A stretch of 64,000 nt of DNA, from the NCBI GenBank assembly GCA_002633005.1, contig NMRA01000062.1, forward strand, positions 853,981-917,980. The letters are read 5' to 3'. This document shows positions 62,473-64,000 of this stretch, piece after piece (within the stretch, counting starts at the first letter, position 1; each line of letters opens with the position of its first letter). Made by a program: the position numbers and the translations under genes. Source of the stretch: Phoronis australis. Taxonomy: Eukaryota > Animalia > Phoronida. The notes below the pieces were generated by a model, which was given only the letters and a program-made list of their open reading frames with translations, made no database searches and was not told the DNA's origin.

Positions 62473-64000
62473 CTGCAATGAATGAAATGTCCGTAATGAT
62501 GAGCAAAAGAAAGGTTGAACACAGATTACCATCCCATGTCACGACATGCATCTATATTGTCACGGTTCTTTTAAGACTGAATGTTTAAAAACCTACAGCA
62601 GCATATCACAATTTGGAATTTAAGATTTCAAAACGGAGAAATTAATCAACTCAAGAATGGTGCACTTTGGAATGTTGACAACAGTAGTGTGGGACTAGTA
62701 GTTTCTCAAAAGAGATAAAGCTTAACAGAAGTAAAGTTGCGTACCTAAAATCTACTTGTAACTTCAAACTAAGATCCACTCTATGAGAGTTGTTAGTAGT
62801 TCTTGCCACACTCACCTCAGGAGAAAGGTGGCAGCACCTACTTACGGGGTTTAGTTTTTCGAATGAGGGGAAAAATCCTTCCCAGCAATGATTAAGGGTG
62901 TTACAAATAACAAATACCGCAGTGGTGCTTATTAGCACTGGTCCTTTCAAAAGCCAATTAAACACCATTCTGAAACAAGCGCCGCCAGCAGTACTGTAAA
63001 TCGAAACTAATGAAGAAGAACTCTGACCGAAGTTCACTGTCTTAATGGAAATTTGAGTAGATGCGTTACAAGCATTAAAAGCCATCAATGGCATCAAAGC
63101 TGTTTTAAGATCGTAACTGTTACAATGCTCGTCCCACACTGGTAACAATGACAGTCCCACACTCGTCTAGATAAGGTTACAACTTGAGTGAAATAAAACA
63201 CGCTATTTAAAAGAACTGATCAAACATACCATGCAGTAGGTAACACCCACCAAGAGTACGTGATTGCCAAGTCTGCAAAACTGGCCTTTGAATAATCGCC
63301 GAGTTTTAAATAAGCACTGAGTTTTAAATAAGTGCTTTTTGTCTTCGAAAAAATACATGATACTACGGTATAATTCTTTGCCATTGTTGTCTTTGATCCA
63401 CACGCGATGTTCACAAATGCCCTATAAAGCATCTGTTGAAAAGCATTTAAATATTCACAACTACCCAAGTGCTACCACGGCAAAAATATAATTTGAAATT
63501 GTTTTACTAATGAACAGTGAGTTGCGCCACAACACAGATTCGAACTCCGAGGCTGTGCACTCAAACATATGGTCAGTAATTGGATTCTGTTTCTGTCCAC
63601 AAAAAGGGCAAAAATGAAATCAAACGTCCGAATTCTTCAGGCAGCTCTTATCTTAACACAATCAGATTAAAGTGCAATAATGGGTAATTGAACAGAAAAA
63701 CCTGCTGTTTCTGACCGTCCGGACTAGCCTGCCTGATACAGCTGGACCGTCTTTCACGACAATATAACGTTATGTCATATCGTGGAGTTCTAGTTACTTT
63801 TAACAAAAATCCAAAACCAAATACATTTATTTATTTAATTATGAATCTAAATGCTGCCGTGTGATACTGATGCCAAAGTTACATATTTTGCATTTTTGAG
63901 CAAATGCTGAATGACTTGTCCACATGCTGTACTGTAGTGTACTGTAGAGATTAAAATGAATGAGACACTTTTGCATCATTGACAAATTTGACCATCTCAT

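Noticed and set aside
62651-63160. 169-aa minus-strand ORF as the missing first KIAA2012 exon
   Set aside because: GTG start and no match to the expected LSLLSRG...EVYFEP N-terminus beyond a chance LSLL; the real first exon probably lies beyond 64000

Overview
This is eukaryotic, AT-rich, intron-rich genomic DNA, most likely from a heterozygous invertebrate bilaterian; it is not prokaryotic and contains no CRISPR array, rRNA or tRNA that I can support. It holds two convergent genes. (1) On +, the large 3' coding exon of a Frizzled-1/2/7 receptor (745-2195), with a 55-aa Gly/Asn insertion. (2) On -, a homolog of the uncharacterised protein KIAA2012 (DUF4670) with about 27 exons (62472 down to 27174, ~1,620 codons in the window, first exon outside it); I rebuilt it exon by exon with consistent splice phases. 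From recall, FZD7 and KIAA2012 are neighbours on human 2q33.1, so this pairing looks like ancient conserved microsynteny. The 25-kb interval between the genes is split into a CpG-depleted, T-rich zone ending at a strong poly(A) signal (~18.6 kb) and a CpG-rich zone with promoter-like motifs. Other content: several MITE families (Harbinger-, Tc1/pogo- and Kolobok-like), a Helitron-like relic, two long hairpins, intronic minisatellites (one multiplies a splice donor, one is built from hairpin units), and two ~1-kb duplications at assembly gaps that are probably uncollapsed haplotypes.
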